A stretch of 64,000 bases of DNA from SAR202 cluster bacterium (GTDB lineage Bacteria; Chloroflexota; Dehalococcoidia; Lucifugimonadales; UBA6952), in the NCBI GenBank assembly GCA_009392515.1, contig VFGE01000020.1, positions 3,239 to 67,238 of the forward strand, written 5' to 3'. Both the position numbers and the translations under genes were made by a program. The notes beneath the pieces were generated by a model, which made no database searches, was not told the DNA's origin, and worked only from the letters and a program-made list of their open reading frames with translations. Positions 20,358 through 29,979 of this stretch are shown one piece after another; the first letter of the stretch is position 1; every line of letters starts with the position of its first letter.

Positions 20358-21194
20358 TTATAAAACATAATTCTGCTCGATTTCGAACAATTGATCAACC
20401 CCCATAATGACAGCTAATTCTTGTCGATAGTTTGATACATCAAAATCGACTGTACCTGTTTTCTCAAATTCCTCCATACTATCCTTTACTGCTTTGTAAA
20501 TAACACTTGGTAAGTAATTATTTGGAGATATGACATTAAAGCCTAAGGTTTCTGCAGTAGCTGCGTCTATACTTTGTCCATTATATGATTTTGGTATTCC
20601 TGATAATTCTTTGGCATATATCTCTGCATCTTCTAAGGTTTGAATACCTTCAATCCTAATCATATCTGCACCTGCTTCATAATAGGTCTTTACTCTTTTA
20701 ATCGTATCTTCCCAACCCGATACACTGAGTGCATCAGATCGCCCTATAATCAAAAAATTATCACTCGATCTTGCTTTTACAGCAGCTTCAATTTTTTTTG
20801 CATGTTCTTCGATAGCCACAACCTGCTTACCTTCAAAGTATGCACATCTTTTAGGAAAATACTGATCTTCAAAACTAATTCCGCTTAATCCGGCAGCTTC
20901 AAATTCCTTAACAGTTCTCCAAACATTTAAAGCATTCCCATAACCAGTGTCACCGTCAGCAGTTACAGGTATATTAACTGATCGAGCAACATAACCAGCA
21001 ACCTCTAATACTTCATTCATTGTCATTAATCCAGCATCAGGATAACCCTTAGACATTGAAACGCCACCCCCACTTATAGCGATTGCTTGAAAACCTAAAT
21101 TTTCTGCAATTTTTGCTTGCAGGCAGTCGTAAACTATTGGTTCTTTTAATATCTTTTGATCCATAATTAGTTCTTTTAGATTTTTCGTACCCAT
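20358..21194 (-). CDS. Isocitrate lyase/PEP mutase superfamily enzyme (methylisocitrate-lyase / oxaloacetate-decarboxylase-like)
   Basis: DGDTGYG and the active-site loop FEDQYFPKRCAYFEGK (a KRCGH variant). The length fits a TIM barrel. Confidence 0.7.
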   Translation of the reverse strand: MGTKNLKELIMDQKILKEPIVYDCLQAKIAENLGFQAIAISGGGVSMSKGYPDAGLMTMNEVLEVAGYVARSVNIPVTADGDTGYGNALNVWRTVKEFEAAGLSGISFEDQYFPKRCAYFEGKQVVAIEEHAKKIEAAVKARSSDNFLIIGRSDALSVSGWEDTIKRVKTYYEAGADMIRIEGIQTLEDAEIYAKELSGIPKSYNGQSIDAATAETLGFNVISPNNYLPSVIYKAVKDSMEEFEKTGTVDFDVSNYRQELAVIMGVDQLFEIEQNYVL

Positions 21195-21303
21195 AAATTC
21201 ACCTCAAAAAGAATAATTCAAAAACTTGCTCGGACATTTATAATATTCTATATTTATTACTGATTACACATTCTACAACATGTTATTAAGCTAAATATAC
21301 AAA

Positions 21304-21804
21304 ATGAATGAATTATTAAACATATTAGTAGTTGCTCCAGAAATACCGCCAAATACAGGAAATATTATTCGATTATGCTCTAATTCAGGGTGTAATTTAC
21401 ATTTAATTAAGCCTATTGGTTTTAATTTTGATAATAAAAGTTTAAAAAGAGCACGTCTAGATTATGATCTTAATTGCAATATATCCATTTATGACACATA
21501 TGAAGAATATGTTGAAAAAAATAATCCTATAAATATTTATGCAACAAGTACATCATCTAATAATATGTATAATGATATTAACTATAATTTAGGGGATACA
21601 GTTGTGTTTGGCTCAGAAAGTAAAGGATTATCCTCTGAAATTCTTACTCAAATACCTAGTGCAAATATTTTAAAAATACCAATGATCCCTCAGAATAGAA
21701 GTATTAATTTATCCAATGCAGTTTCTATTGTTGTATATGAAGCATGGAGACAATTAGAATTTATTGGAAGCTCTAAAATTAAACAAAACGAATATTATAA
21801 TTAG
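21304..21804 (+). CDS. trmL: tRNA (cytidine/uridine-2'-O)-methyltransferase TrmL (SpoU/TrmH family)
   Basis: PEIPPNTGNIIRLC, LDYD, FGSESKGL and INLSNAVSIVVYEAWRQ match YibK/TrmL. Confidence 0.88.
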   Translation: MNELLNILVVAPEIPPNTGNIIRLCSNSGCNLHLIKPIGFNFDNKSLKRARLDYDLNCNISIYDTYEEYVEKNNPINIYATSTSSNNMYNDINYNLGDTVVFGSESKGLSSEILTQIPSANILKIPMIPQNRSINLSNAVSIVVYEAWRQLEFIGSSKIKQNEYYN

Positions 21805-21814
21805 AAAGGCTCAC

Positions 21815-22072
21815 ATGAGTGAAATAAAAGGATTAACAATCAAAAACCAGCAAGATTTAACTTCACTAGAAGCTTCTTCATCAAACCAACATGGTTTAAT
21901 TTACATAACTCATGGTGCCCCCAAAAACTGGGTTGCAAAGCCTGATGAAATGGTATCACACACATTAGCTGGTTTTTTCAAAGCTCTTAATCAAATTGAC
22001 GATCCTAGAATAGCAAGCCTTATGAATGACTATGGTCTAGTATATAGAGAGTTAGAAATAGACAATGAATAG
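21815..22072 (+). CDS. Hypothetical protein (85 aa)
   Basis: ATG at 21815 lies 6 nt after AGAAAGG. The ORF-track start at 21764 would overlap trmL. No family recognised. Confidence 0.45.
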   Translation: MSEIKGLTIKNQQDLTSLEASSSNQHGLIYITHGAPKNWVAKPDEMVSHTLAGFFKALNQIDDPRIASLMNDYGLVYRELEIDNE

Positions 22073-22100
22073 CATATATCTTCAAAATGTTTACTTGAAT

Positions 22101-22466
22101 TTATAGGTCAATTTGCTCCTGGTTTGGATCAAATGCATCTAACCCCATTTTTTCTAACATAACATTAAATGATTCAGGAATTACACCAGAAGTATTATAA
22201 AAATCATCTACGACACAAAGTACTAACTTATCTAATAAATTTACTATAGGTTCATTATTATCAGTCTGCCTAAATTTCACTATCATACTTTTTGCATGAT
22301 CAGTTGGAATAAACATAGTACCTTTAATCCAATTCATAAGAAAAATAATATGATCATTATTATCTGCCAATGAAAGAAGGTATGTTTTAACTTCCTCAGA
22401 ATCTTTTACTCCAAAAAGATCAAAGTAATTTGCAATTATGCTTTGTACCCTATAATTATCTTGCAT
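22101..22466 (-). CDS. Hypothetical protein (121 aa)
   Basis: Clean ORF filling the gap between neighbouring genes. No family recognised. Confidence 0.45.
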   Translation of the reverse strand: MQDNYRVQSIIANYFDLFGVKDSEEVKTYLLSLADNNDHIIFLMNWIKGTMFIPTDHAKSMIVKFRQTDNNEPIVNLLDKLVLCVVDDFYNTSGVIPESFNVMLEKMGLDAFDPNQEQIDL

Positions 22467-22474
22467 AGCGAAAC

Positions 22475-22948
22475 TTATATAATGACTACTTCTTCAAACA
22501 TATCGTAATTCGATTTATTCATACCCAAATTTTTATAAACCTGTTGGGCTATTTTATTATTAACGTCTACATAAAGACGTATTGCGTATACATCTCGGTG
22601 TTCCTTAGCCGAATTACAAACAAATTCATATAGTGATTTATAAACACCATTTCTTCTATATTCAGGACTTACGTATACACTTTGTATCCACCAATAATAT
22701 TTATTATGCCAATCACTCCATTCAGTTGTAAGCAATAGACCTCCAACTATTTTGTTGCTTATTGTTGCAACACAATATCTGCCCAAATGTGGATTATCAA
22801 ATACCGCTTGAACTCCTTGTGTAATTTCGTTTTGGTTCAGAGTAATATTTTCAGTTTCTAAAGCCATAGATATATTGAAATTTACGATATGAAAAAGATC
22901 ATCTTTTGATGCTAATCGTACCACAGGAATTTCGTATGAATTACTCAT
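22475..22948 (-). CDS. GNAT-family N-acetyltransferase
   Basis: The acetyl-CoA motif-A region is IQSVYVSPEYRRNGVYKSLYEFV. The ATG at 22948 overlaps the upstream DUF1330 stop by 8 nt (ATGAGTAA). Confidence 0.75.
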   Translation of the reverse strand: MSNSYEIPVVRLASKDDLFHIVNFNISMALETENITLNQNEITQGVQAVFDNPHLGRYCVATISNKIVGGLLLTTEWSDWHNKYYWWIQSVYVSPEYRRNGVYKSLYEFVCNSAKEHRDVYAIRLYVDVNNKIAQQVYKNLGMNKSNYDMFEEVVII

Positions 22949-23231
22949 TGTTACTGACAGTAAAACCAACTGTATCTGCCGCTTCATGACGTATAGAAGC
23001 TACGGGAGCATATTCTGAAGAATTTCTAAATGCATCCATTTGTTCAATTGTTGGAAATTCTAATATCACAATACGGTTCAAACCCCAGTTAGTATTATCC
23101 GCAATTATTTCACCACCACGAACAAGATATCGACCGCCATATTGTTCGATAATAGCCGGTACAAGTTCCATATATTCTCGGTACTTATCCCAGTCTTTAA
23201 CATTTATGCTACTAATTGAATAAACAGCCAT
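22941..23231 (-). CDS. DUF1330 domain protein
   Basis: 96 aa. MAVYSISSINVKDWDKYREY...GGRYLVRGG...IVILEFPTIEQMDAFRNSSEY matches the DUF1330 pattern. Confidence 0.75.
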   Translation of the reverse strand: MAVYSISSINVKDWDKYREYMELVPAIIEQYGGRYLVRGGEIIADNTNWGLNRIVILEFPTIEQMDAFRNSSEYAPVASIRHEAADTVGFTVSNNE

Positions 23232-23279
23232 ATTTTCTCCTTAAATACTAGTTACTATATTTTAATTTCACACGTTAAA

Positions 23280-24278
23280 TTATTGCATCTTTATCTCGGC
23301 TAAGCCTATACCAGATTCACCTGCGACAGCATAAAAAAGAAACAATCTACCTTGGTCTTCTAAAATAGCGGGATCTCTTAGTTGATTGACATAACCGTAC
23401 GCAGTGCTTCTAACAGACTCTATAAGAGGAGCATCTGAACCCTCCCAAGGAAAGCTTGGTCTTATTAACTCTACAGGCTCACTCTCTTTCCATTGATGCC
23501 AATCCCCAGTTAGGTCTATAGTACTAAAAAGTATCTTCTCTGGTACTTCCCCTACCTGAGTCCAAAACACCCACAAGGTATCTCCACGCAAAAGAACTGC
23601 GGAATGTCTCATATCCGGATTAAATAAAACGGGCCCTACTTCAAATTCGTTAAAACCATCAGTAGATCTTGATATCTCGCCTGGCATTGTAAGGGCATAA
23701 GTATATCCTCGATATTTGAATATCCGCATATAACTTCTGCCTAATATTTGTGGTTCAGTTTCAAATGATAAACCATCTTCGGATATGGCAACCCTGGAAA
23801 GTTGAGTTCCTACAGACTCAAGACCATGGAAGTACATAATAATTCTCTTGCGGTCATTATCAATATGGACATCAGGAGATGCTATATGTGGAGTTGTCAT
23901 TTCTGTTACCACATCGTGATGCATTTTGTTACCACCGATTCTTTTGGTTCTTTCTGCAATAAAATAATTTATCTGTTCTTCGGTAACTTTAGGTTTCTCC
24001 ACAAGAAAACGCGATTGTTCTACTCGAAGGCTGCCTGCTGCATGCACTGTCCAAGGGCCCTCGATCTGATCAGCATAAGCTAATCTAATATATGTTCCTT
24101 TATGATCTGCAAAATAGAGATAAAAATTTCCCAGCCTATTGCAAACCCAATCAGGGACTCTTATAGCTGAAGGCCCTTGTATGTTTACACCTATTGTTGT
24201 ACTCAGTCCTGGGTGAATTATAGGTCCTTCTGATAAGCGTTCTGCTATGATATGAACTTGTTTTTTGGGTTGACTCAT
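23280..24278 (-). CDS. Hypothetical protein, possible beta-propeller glycosidase-like fold
   Basis: 332-aa ORF with no signal peptide, beta-rich, with repeated aromatic/Asp blades. The family assignment by eye is weak. Confidence 0.45.
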   Translation of the reverse strand: MSQPKKQVHIIAERLSEGPIIHPGLSTTIGVNIQGPSAIRVPDWVCNRLGNFYLYFADHKGTYIRLAYADQIEGPWTVHAAGSLRVEQSRFLVEKPKVTEEQINYFIAERTKRIGGNKMHHDVVTEMTTPHIASPDVHIDNDRKRIIMYFHGLESVGTQLSRVAISEDGLSFETEPQILGRSYMRIFKYRGYTYALTMPGEISRSTDGFNEFEVGPVLFNPDMRHSAVLLRGDTLWVFWTQVGEVPEKILFSTIDLTGDWHQWKESEPVELIRPSFPWEGSDAPLIESVRSTAYGYVNQLRDPAILEDQGRLFLFYAVAGESGIGLAEIKMQ

Positions 24279-24395
24279 AAACTTCCTGAATTAGAGTCTT
24301 CATATTTATATATATCGACAATATATAACCAAAGATCAAAATAATGTCAACGCGTAGATGAAAGCAGCGCCTTATAAAACCAATTTTTGTTAAGC

Positions 24396-24704
24396 CTAAT
24401 TTTGAGAGATATAAGATCCCATACCTGAAGTTTGTTCGCTCACTAAGAAAGTTAACACGTCCTTACCTTTGTTAGTTTCAATTTCGGCATCAAATCTTTG
24501 GCCACCTAAAGCACCAATAAGTTCATATTTATTCTGAGTATATAATTTGCCTTCGTAAAACGATTCTTTGAGTTCTCTTTCTCTATCACCATCAAGATAC
24601 ATCTCAACCGCATCTCTCATAACATCGAAAATATCTTCTTTATCCAGATGAGTTGGAGATTTTAAAAAAACATATCCCCATCTCATTCCTTTGTGTTCTA
24701 ACAT
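24396..24704 (-). CDS. Hypothetical protein (102 aa)
   Basis: Clean ORF on the same strand as its neighbours. No family recognised. Confidence 0.4.
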   Translation of the reverse strand: MLEHKGMRWGYVFLKSPTHLDKEDIFDVMRDAVEMYLDGDRERELKESFYEGKLYTQNKYELIGALGGQRFDAEIETNKGKDVLTFLVSEQTSGMGSYISQN

Positions 24705-24861
24705 CTTGTAAACCTTAAATTAATACCAAAATAAAAATATAAACCTGATTTATTAAACACGCAATGGTTTTTTAAAATCATACTGATTTACATTTGTCGA
24801 TGATCTTTTCATAATAATCAAACCTACATAAACAAATACAATAGATCGAATGGAGAAAATT

Positions 24862-25653
24862 ATGGATTTAGAATTAGATGGCAAACGAGCTTTGATAACT
24901 GGTGGAAGTAAGGGAATAGGAAAGTCCATAGCAATTCAGTTATGTCAAGAAGGTGTAAATGTAGCAATCGCTGCAAGGACTAAAGAAACTTTAGACCAAG
25001 CAGCACAAGAAATCGAAAAATTAACAGGAAAAAGAGTAGCTACAATAGTTGTAGATACCACTCAAAAATCTAGTGTTGATAGTATGGTAAAAAAGGTAGT
25101 TGATGAATTTGGGGGAATAGATATTCTCGTAAATAGTGCAGCAATGGTTGGAGGACAAGTTAGAGGATCAATCTCTGAAGCTGATGAAAAGGATCTAATA
25201 GAAGATTTAGATACAAAAGTTGTTGGATACTTTAGATGTATAAAAGCTGTTGTTCCATATATGCAACAACAAAAATGGGGACGAATAATTAGTATTGGAG
25301 GAGTGTCTGCAAGGCAATCTACTATATATGGATTAAGAAATGCTGCAGTTGTACATATGACCAAAACTTTATCTGATCAACTTGGAGCCGATGGCATCAC
25401 ATTAAATGTTTTGCATCCAGGTTTAACACAAACACCTGCAATTAGGAATAGAATGGCTGAAACTGCAAAACAACAAGGTAAGACATTAGAAGAGATTGAA
25501 GCAGAATCTGCAAGGAATGTAGCAATTAAACGAACTATCAAACCAGAAGAGTTAGCATTTGTCACCGCAGTATTATCTTCTCCAAAAGCAGAATGCATTA
25601 CAGGGGAATCAATAGCAGGCGGTGGTGGAGCTATAGGAGCTGTTTTCCAATAA
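24862..25653 (+). CDS. Short-chain dehydrogenase/reductase with an atypical Y-x3-N active-site motif
   Basis: TGGSKGIGKS cofactor motif and NSAA. YGLRN sits where YxxxK is expected. The ATG at 24862 lies 7 nt after a GGAG that itself belongs to the ORF-track start codon context (24850). Confidence 0.8.
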   Translation: MDLELDGKRALITGGSKGIGKSIAIQLCQEGVNVAIAARTKETLDQAAQEIEKLTGKRVATIVVDTTQKSSVDSMVKKVVDEFGGIDILVNSAAMVGGQVRGSISEADEKDLIEDLDTKVVGYFRCIKAVVPYMQQQKWGRIISIGGVSARQSTIYGLRNAAVVHMTKTLSDQLGADGITLNVLHPGLTQTPAIRNRMAETAKQQGKTLEEIEAESARNVAIKRTIKPEELAFVTAVLSSPKAECITGESIAGGGGAIGAVFQ

Positions 25654-25669
25654 TAAAAGGAGTATAGAT

Positions 25670-26287
25670 ATGATATATGAAGTACGAACTTACACGCTTA
25701 AACCAGGCAGTGTGCAGGCTTATGAAGAAAGTTTCGCAGAGGCATTGCCGGAGAGAGTAAAATTCTCACCGCTAGCAGCATTTTGGCATACAGAAATTGG
25801 ACCATTAAACCAAGTAGTACATGTATGGCCTTATGAAGACCTAGCAGAAAGAAATAAAATAAGAGCGGAATCAGTAAAAAGTGGAAAGTGGCCACCAAAA
25901 CATAATGACTTAATTGTGAATATGGAATCAGAAATTTGGTTTCCAGCTGATTTCATGACACCATTTAAAGGGGATGTGAAATTAGGGAATATATATGAAA
26001 TGAGAATTTACACATATAAACCTGGGAGCATTGGAGAAGCATTAAAAAAATGGGGTGAAGCTATAGAACATAGAGAGAAATATTCAAAATTAGCATTTGG
26101 GATGTATACGGATATTGGGGGGTTGAATAAATGGATGCATATATGGCCCTATGAAGATCTACAAGACCGAAATGAAACTAGGGCTAAATCAATGCAAGAT
26201 CCAAATTGGCCGCCACCAACAAGGGAGTTTATTGTGAAACAAGAAAACAAAATCTTGGTACCTGCATCATTTTCACCAATGCATTAA
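25670..26287 (+). CDS. NIPSNAP family protein (two NIPSNAP domains)
   Basis: Duplicated pattern: IYEVRTYTLKPGS...HVWPYEDLAERNKIR and IYEMRIYTYKPGS...HIWPYEDLQDRNETR. Confidence 0.8.
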   Translation: MIYEVRTYTLKPGSVQAYEESFAEALPERVKFSPLAAFWHTEIGPLNQVVHVWPYEDLAERNKIRAESVKSGKWPPKHNDLIVNMESEIWFPADFMTPFKGDVKLGNIYEMRIYTYKPGSIGEALKKWGEAIEHREKYSKLAFGMYTDIGGLNKWMHIWPYEDLQDRNETRAKSMQDPNWPPPTREFIVKQENKILVPASFSPMH

Positions 26288-26550
26288 AAATCTATTAAAA
26301 TGCATATTTATTTCCAAAATAAAGCATTTTCTGTTAAAATAATGCAATATATAGACAATTTATATGCAAAAGTTTAAGGGACACTAGTATAGATAATAAA
26401 ACAAATCTCTCTGCAAAAGAATTACACCTTTATATTTTTCCTTGGTTCTCTGAAGCCGAAACGATTAGACGCGTTAAAGACAAAATCTCTTACGTACAAA
26501 ACAAACTTCTACAGTATGGAAAACCTCTTCAAACACGCCAAGTTAGTAAT

Positions 26551-27225
26551 TTGTGGGCTTCGTATAAATCTCACAAAGCCAAGATAGATGAGTCCCATAA
26601 TCTTTCAGGCCTGCCTTGGCCTGACTTATTTATTAATTGGAATGACTCTTCTTCATTGATGAAATTCCCCTTTATTAAAACAGAACATCTTCCTATGCTT
26701 AGACAAATGTCTGCATGGACCCAATCCACGTTTAGTAATGAATTTACAATAAATATTACATATAGAGAGGCTAATTGGTATTCATACCTACGCACAAACG
26801 CACCCACAATAGTCAGCGCTGTAGACATGTTTGCAATTGGAGGTTTGTTTGTAGAAAGAGATCGACAAAGCAACCTTTCTGGTATTTCTATAGATAACTC
26901 AGATTTACAAGATTTAATAACCTACCAACCTTGGCAAACTAAATATTGGGAAAATCAGTATTTAAATATGATAAAACAAAATATCGTAAAGCCATTAAAA
27001 AACCCTCTAGAAGAATTTCAACAGAAAGTACCTCGTTGGTTATCTAATTCAACTGAAGCATTAACATTCAAACATATGCTTATATTAGATTTAATATTCG
27101 AAATGTCGTGGCAACCAAAAAGAAATCAGCCATGGAACTTACCAACAAAAAAAACTGAATTCCCCAAAAAATATAAAATTACTGATGATAAAACGAAAAA
27201 TGATCGTGAAATAATAGTTTTTTAA
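26551..27225 (+). CDS. Hypothetical protein; true start uncertain
   Basis: The ORF-track start is a TTG. The same frame is open and protein-like from 26338 with no ATG, GTG or TTG in between (see finding). No family recognised. Confidence 0.45.
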   Translation: MWASYKSHKAKIDESHNLSGLPWPDLFINWNDSSSLMKFPFIKTEHLPMLRQMSAWTQSTFSNEFTINITYREANWYSYLRTNAPTIVSAVDMFAIGGLFVERDRQSNLSGISIDNSDLQDLITYQPWQTKYWENQYLNMIKQNIVKPLKNPLEEFQQKVPRWLSNSTEALTFKHMLILDLIFEMSWQPKRNQPWNLPTKKTEFPKKYKITDDKTKNDREIIVF

Positions 27226-27237
27226 TATAGGTGATAT

Positions 27238-28365
27238 ATGAAAATAGTAATAGCGCCTCAAGCATACAAAGGCTGTCTAAACTCGAAATCAGTAGCTTTA
27301 AACATTGAAATGGGTATTAGAGAAGCGAACCCTAAATTAGAAACTGTTTGCTTTCCTCTAGCGGACGGTGGTGACGGAACGCTAGATGTATTAGTGAAAT
27401 TTAGAAATGGAAAAATATTTACTAAAGAAGTTATCGGCCCACTTGGTTATCCTGTTCGAGCAGAATGGGGAGTTATGGAAGATAATAGAACTGCGGTCAT
27501 AGAAATGGCTTTAGCATCTGGCTTAGCCATTTGTAACCAGGAGAATTTTGATCTTAAAGACACTACTACCTATGGGACAGGACAATTAATACTAGAGGCT
27601 ATAGATAATGGATACAAAAACATTTTAATTGGTCTAGGGGGTAGCGCCACTAATGATGGAGGAGTTGGTGCTATTCAGGCTTTAGGTGGTATCTTTTTAG
27701 ATATAAATGATAAACAACTTCCATATGGCGGTGGTAATTTAATCAAACTATCTAGCATAAATACCGACAATATAAACCCCTACGTTAGGGAATGTGATAT
27801 TACAATAGCAAGTGATGTAACTAACCCTTTATGTGGGCCATCAGGCGCTACATACATTTTTGGGCCCCAAAAGGGCGGAACAGTAATCATGTTGGATGAA
27901 TTAGAAAATTCACTGCTACATTATAGTTCTGTTATAGCAAAACAAATTGGTAAAAATTATACAAATCACTCTGGTGCAGGTGCTGCAGGAGGATTGGCTT
28001 ATGGCCTAATGTCATTTACTAACGCGAAAATTAAATCTGGATTTGAACTAATTTGTGAAATGTTAAATTTCAATGAAATAATCAAAGATGCAGATTTAAT
28101 TATTACCGGCGAAGGCAAAACAGATTTATCTACTTTATTTAATAAAACTCCAATTGCTATTGCAAATAAAGCGAAGGAATTTAATATACCTGTTGTATGT
28201 ATTTCAGGGTCAGTAGGTAAAGGTTATGAGAAAATTTTAGAAAACGGCATAAGTGAAATAATTACTTTAGAAGAACTGGCGAAATCTACTGAAGATAGCT
28301 TTTCAAATACAGCCTTTTACCTTAGAAGTGCCACAAAAAAGTTTATTAACAATACAATGAATTAA
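27238..28365 (+). CDS. Glycerate kinase
   Basis: MKIVIAPQAYKG, PLADGGDGT and ITGEGKTD are glycerate kinase (GarK/GlxK family) hallmarks. Confidence 0.88.
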   Translation: MKIVIAPQAYKGCLNSKSVALNIEMGIREANPKLETVCFPLADGGDGTLDVLVKFRNGKIFTKEVIGPLGYPVRAEWGVMEDNRTAVIEMALASGLAICNQENFDLKDTTTYGTGQLILEAIDNGYKNILIGLGGSATNDGGVGAIQALGGIFLDINDKQLPYGGGNLIKLSSINTDNINPYVRECDITIASDVTNPLCGPSGATYIFGPQKGGTVIMLDELENSLLHYSSVIAKQIGKNYTNHSGAGAAGGLAYGLMSFTNAKIKSGFELICEMLNFNEIIKDADLIITGEGKTDLSTLFNKTPIAIANKAKEFNIPVVCISGSVGKGYEKILENGISEIITLEELAKSTEDSFSNTAFYLRSATKKFINNTMN

Positions 28366-28367
28366 TA

Positions 28368-29837
28368 TTACTCTTCTATTTTATTTTTTATAGATTTAAT
28401 TAGACCATTGAAAATTATAATATGTATAGGAAATAAACTATACCAATAAATTAATCCTAATAAACCTTTGGGTGCAAAAAAGGCTGTTTGTGTCAATGTG
28501 CAATTGTGCTCATTTTCTACAATATCATATTGTAACCAAGCTTTTCCGGGTACTTTCATTTCTGCTTTTAATCGAATTAATTTATTATCTATAACTTTTT
28601 CTATTCTCCAAAAATCCAAAGCATCACCCTGATAAAGTACTAATGAATCTCTTCTACCCCGCCGAAGCCCTACTCCACCAAAAAGTAGATCTATATAACC
28701 TCTTATTTTCCATAAAATATTTCCATATAACCAACCATTTTCCCCTCCAAGAGTAGATAAAAATTTAAATATATCTGAAGAAGATTTATCTATATTAATT
28801 AGTTTTTTATCATGAACCATGCCAGATATCTCGTTATAGTCAATCTGCTTATCATTTATCATTGAAATAGATTCAATTGGAACATCTTGACCATTACTAG
28901 AACTCAAAGAATCTGACCACGACGTTTCGACATCTTGATCATCTATATTTGATAAGGCTAGTTTTACTGCATCATCATAATTTATTAAAGAAATCTGAGG
29001 AAAATATTCTTGTGCTTTTGTATCATAAACGATACTCTCATTTTTCAAACCTTCTACTAAAGGTCTTGTGATTTTAGCAGAAACTGGGGTCGTCCAATGT
29101 ATCCAATAGGATGAAAGTTTCGGTGTTAAAACGGGAACCGGAATTAATAAACGACGTAGTCTTCTTATTAATGCGTATCTCTTTATCATATCGCCATAAC
29201 TTAATACATCTTCACCACCGATTTCAAACACATGATTTTTGGGAATTTTAGTGGAAATACTATGAATCAGGTATTCCAACACATTCTCTATTGAGATGGG
29301 TTGTGTTTTGGTATATACCCATTTCGGGCAGATCATAATAGGTAATCGTTCAGTTAAATTTCTAATAATTTCAAATGATAAACTTCCTGATCCAACAATC
29401 ACACCTGATCTAAATTCAGTGACATCAATTTCTGAACTACGTAATATTTCACCTGTTTGTTGTCGAGATAATAAATGTTTTGAAAGATTATCAGATACTT
29501 CTCCCAAGCCACCAAGATAAATGATCTTATTGAGTTTTTCCAATTCAGCAATTTCTACAAAGTTATGAGCAGCATTCACATCAGCTTCATCAAAGTTTTT
29601 ACCCTGAGACAAGCTATGAATCAAATAAAAAGCAATATCGATATTTTTGAACAAACCATGCAGTGAATCTTTATTCAACACATTTCCAGTAAATATTTCT
29701 ACTTTAGAATACCAAGGTCTATTCTTAATTCGATCAGGGTTTCTAGCTAAAATTCGAACTTCAAATCCGAGTTCTAAAAGTTTTGGAATTAATCTACCGC
29801 CAACGTATCCAGTAGCACCTGTAACAAGTATCTTCAT
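28368..29837 (-). CDS. Atypical SDR/NmrA-like NAD(P)-binding domain fused to a DUF2867-like C-terminal domain
   Basis: The ATG at 29837 gives MKILVTGATGYVGGRL (a Rossmann N-terminus). The C-terminal half has the DUF2867-like W/F-rich pattern. The ORF-track TTG at 29855 has no RBS. Confidence 0.7.
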   Translation of the reverse strand: MKILVTGATGYVGGRLIPKLLELGFEVRILARNPDRIKNRPWYSKVEIFTGNVLNKDSLHGLFKNIDIAFYLIHSLSQGKNFDEADVNAAHNFVEIAELEKLNKIIYLGGLGEVSDNLSKHLLSRQQTGEILRSSEIDVTEFRSGVIVGSGSLSFEIIRNLTERLPIMICPKWVYTKTQPISIENVLEYLIHSISTKIPKNHVFEIGGEDVLSYGDMIKRYALIRRLRRLLIPVPVLTPKLSSYWIHWTTPVSAKITRPLVEGLKNESIVYDTKAQEYFPQISLINYDDAVKLALSNIDDQDVETSWSDSLSSSNGQDVPIESISMINDKQIDYNEISGMVHDKKLINIDKSSSDIFKFLSTLGGENGWLYGNILWKIRGYIDLLFGGVGLRRGRRDSLVLYQGDALDFWRIEKVIDNKLIRLKAEMKVPGKAWLQYDIVENEHNCTLTQTAFFAPKGLLGLIYWYSLFPIHIIIFNGLIKSIKNKIEE

Positions 29838-29843
29838 ATATCT

Positions 29844-29872
29844 ATTATAACTCAAAACAAGAAGTATGCCGA
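29844..29872 (-). promoter_or_regulatory. Possible promoter producing a leaderless mRNA for the SDR/DUF2867 gene
   Basis: On the minus strand, TATAAT (29849-29844) ends 6 nt before the ATG at 29837. A 17-nt spacer precedes it, then TCGGCA (29872-29867), which overlaps the tRNA-Leu 3' end. There is no Shine-Dalgarno sequence. Confidence 0.3.
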
Positions 29873-29949
29873 GGGCGAGACTCGAACTCGCACGTCTTTT
29901 AGGACAATGGATTTTAAGTCCACCGCGTCTACCATTCCGCCACCTCGGC
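29867..29949 (-). tRNA. tRNA-Leu (anticodon UAA), long variable arm, CCA not encoded
   Basis: Reverse complement: GCCGAGGTGGCGGAATGGTAGACGCGGTGGACTTAAAATCCATTGTCCTAAAAGACGTGCGAGTTCGAGTCTCGCCCTCGGCA. It folds as a cloverleaf with anticodon loop CTTAAAA. Confidence 0.93.
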
Positions 29950-29979
29950 TCGTACTACATTACAATGTAATGAATAGTA

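Noticed and set aside
26364-26388. Possible prfB-style +1 programmed frameshift feeding the start-less ORF: a short ORF ATG CAA AAG TTT AAG GGA CAC TAG whose stop context (CAC TAG T), preceded by the SD-like AAGGGA, could shift into the long frame.
   Set aside because: The ATG has no RBS, the SD-like element abuts the shift codon (0-nt rather than ~3-nt spacing), and CAC is not a known slippery codon. It is too speculative without comparative or ribosome-profiling data, so I kept only the 'no canonical start' observation.
29958-29972. Palindrome CATTACA-A-TGTAATG immediately upstream (minus strand) of tRNA-Leu(UAA).
   Set aside because: It is a short AT-rich palindrome with a 1-nt centre that cannot form a stable hairpin. 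No second copy occurs in the window.
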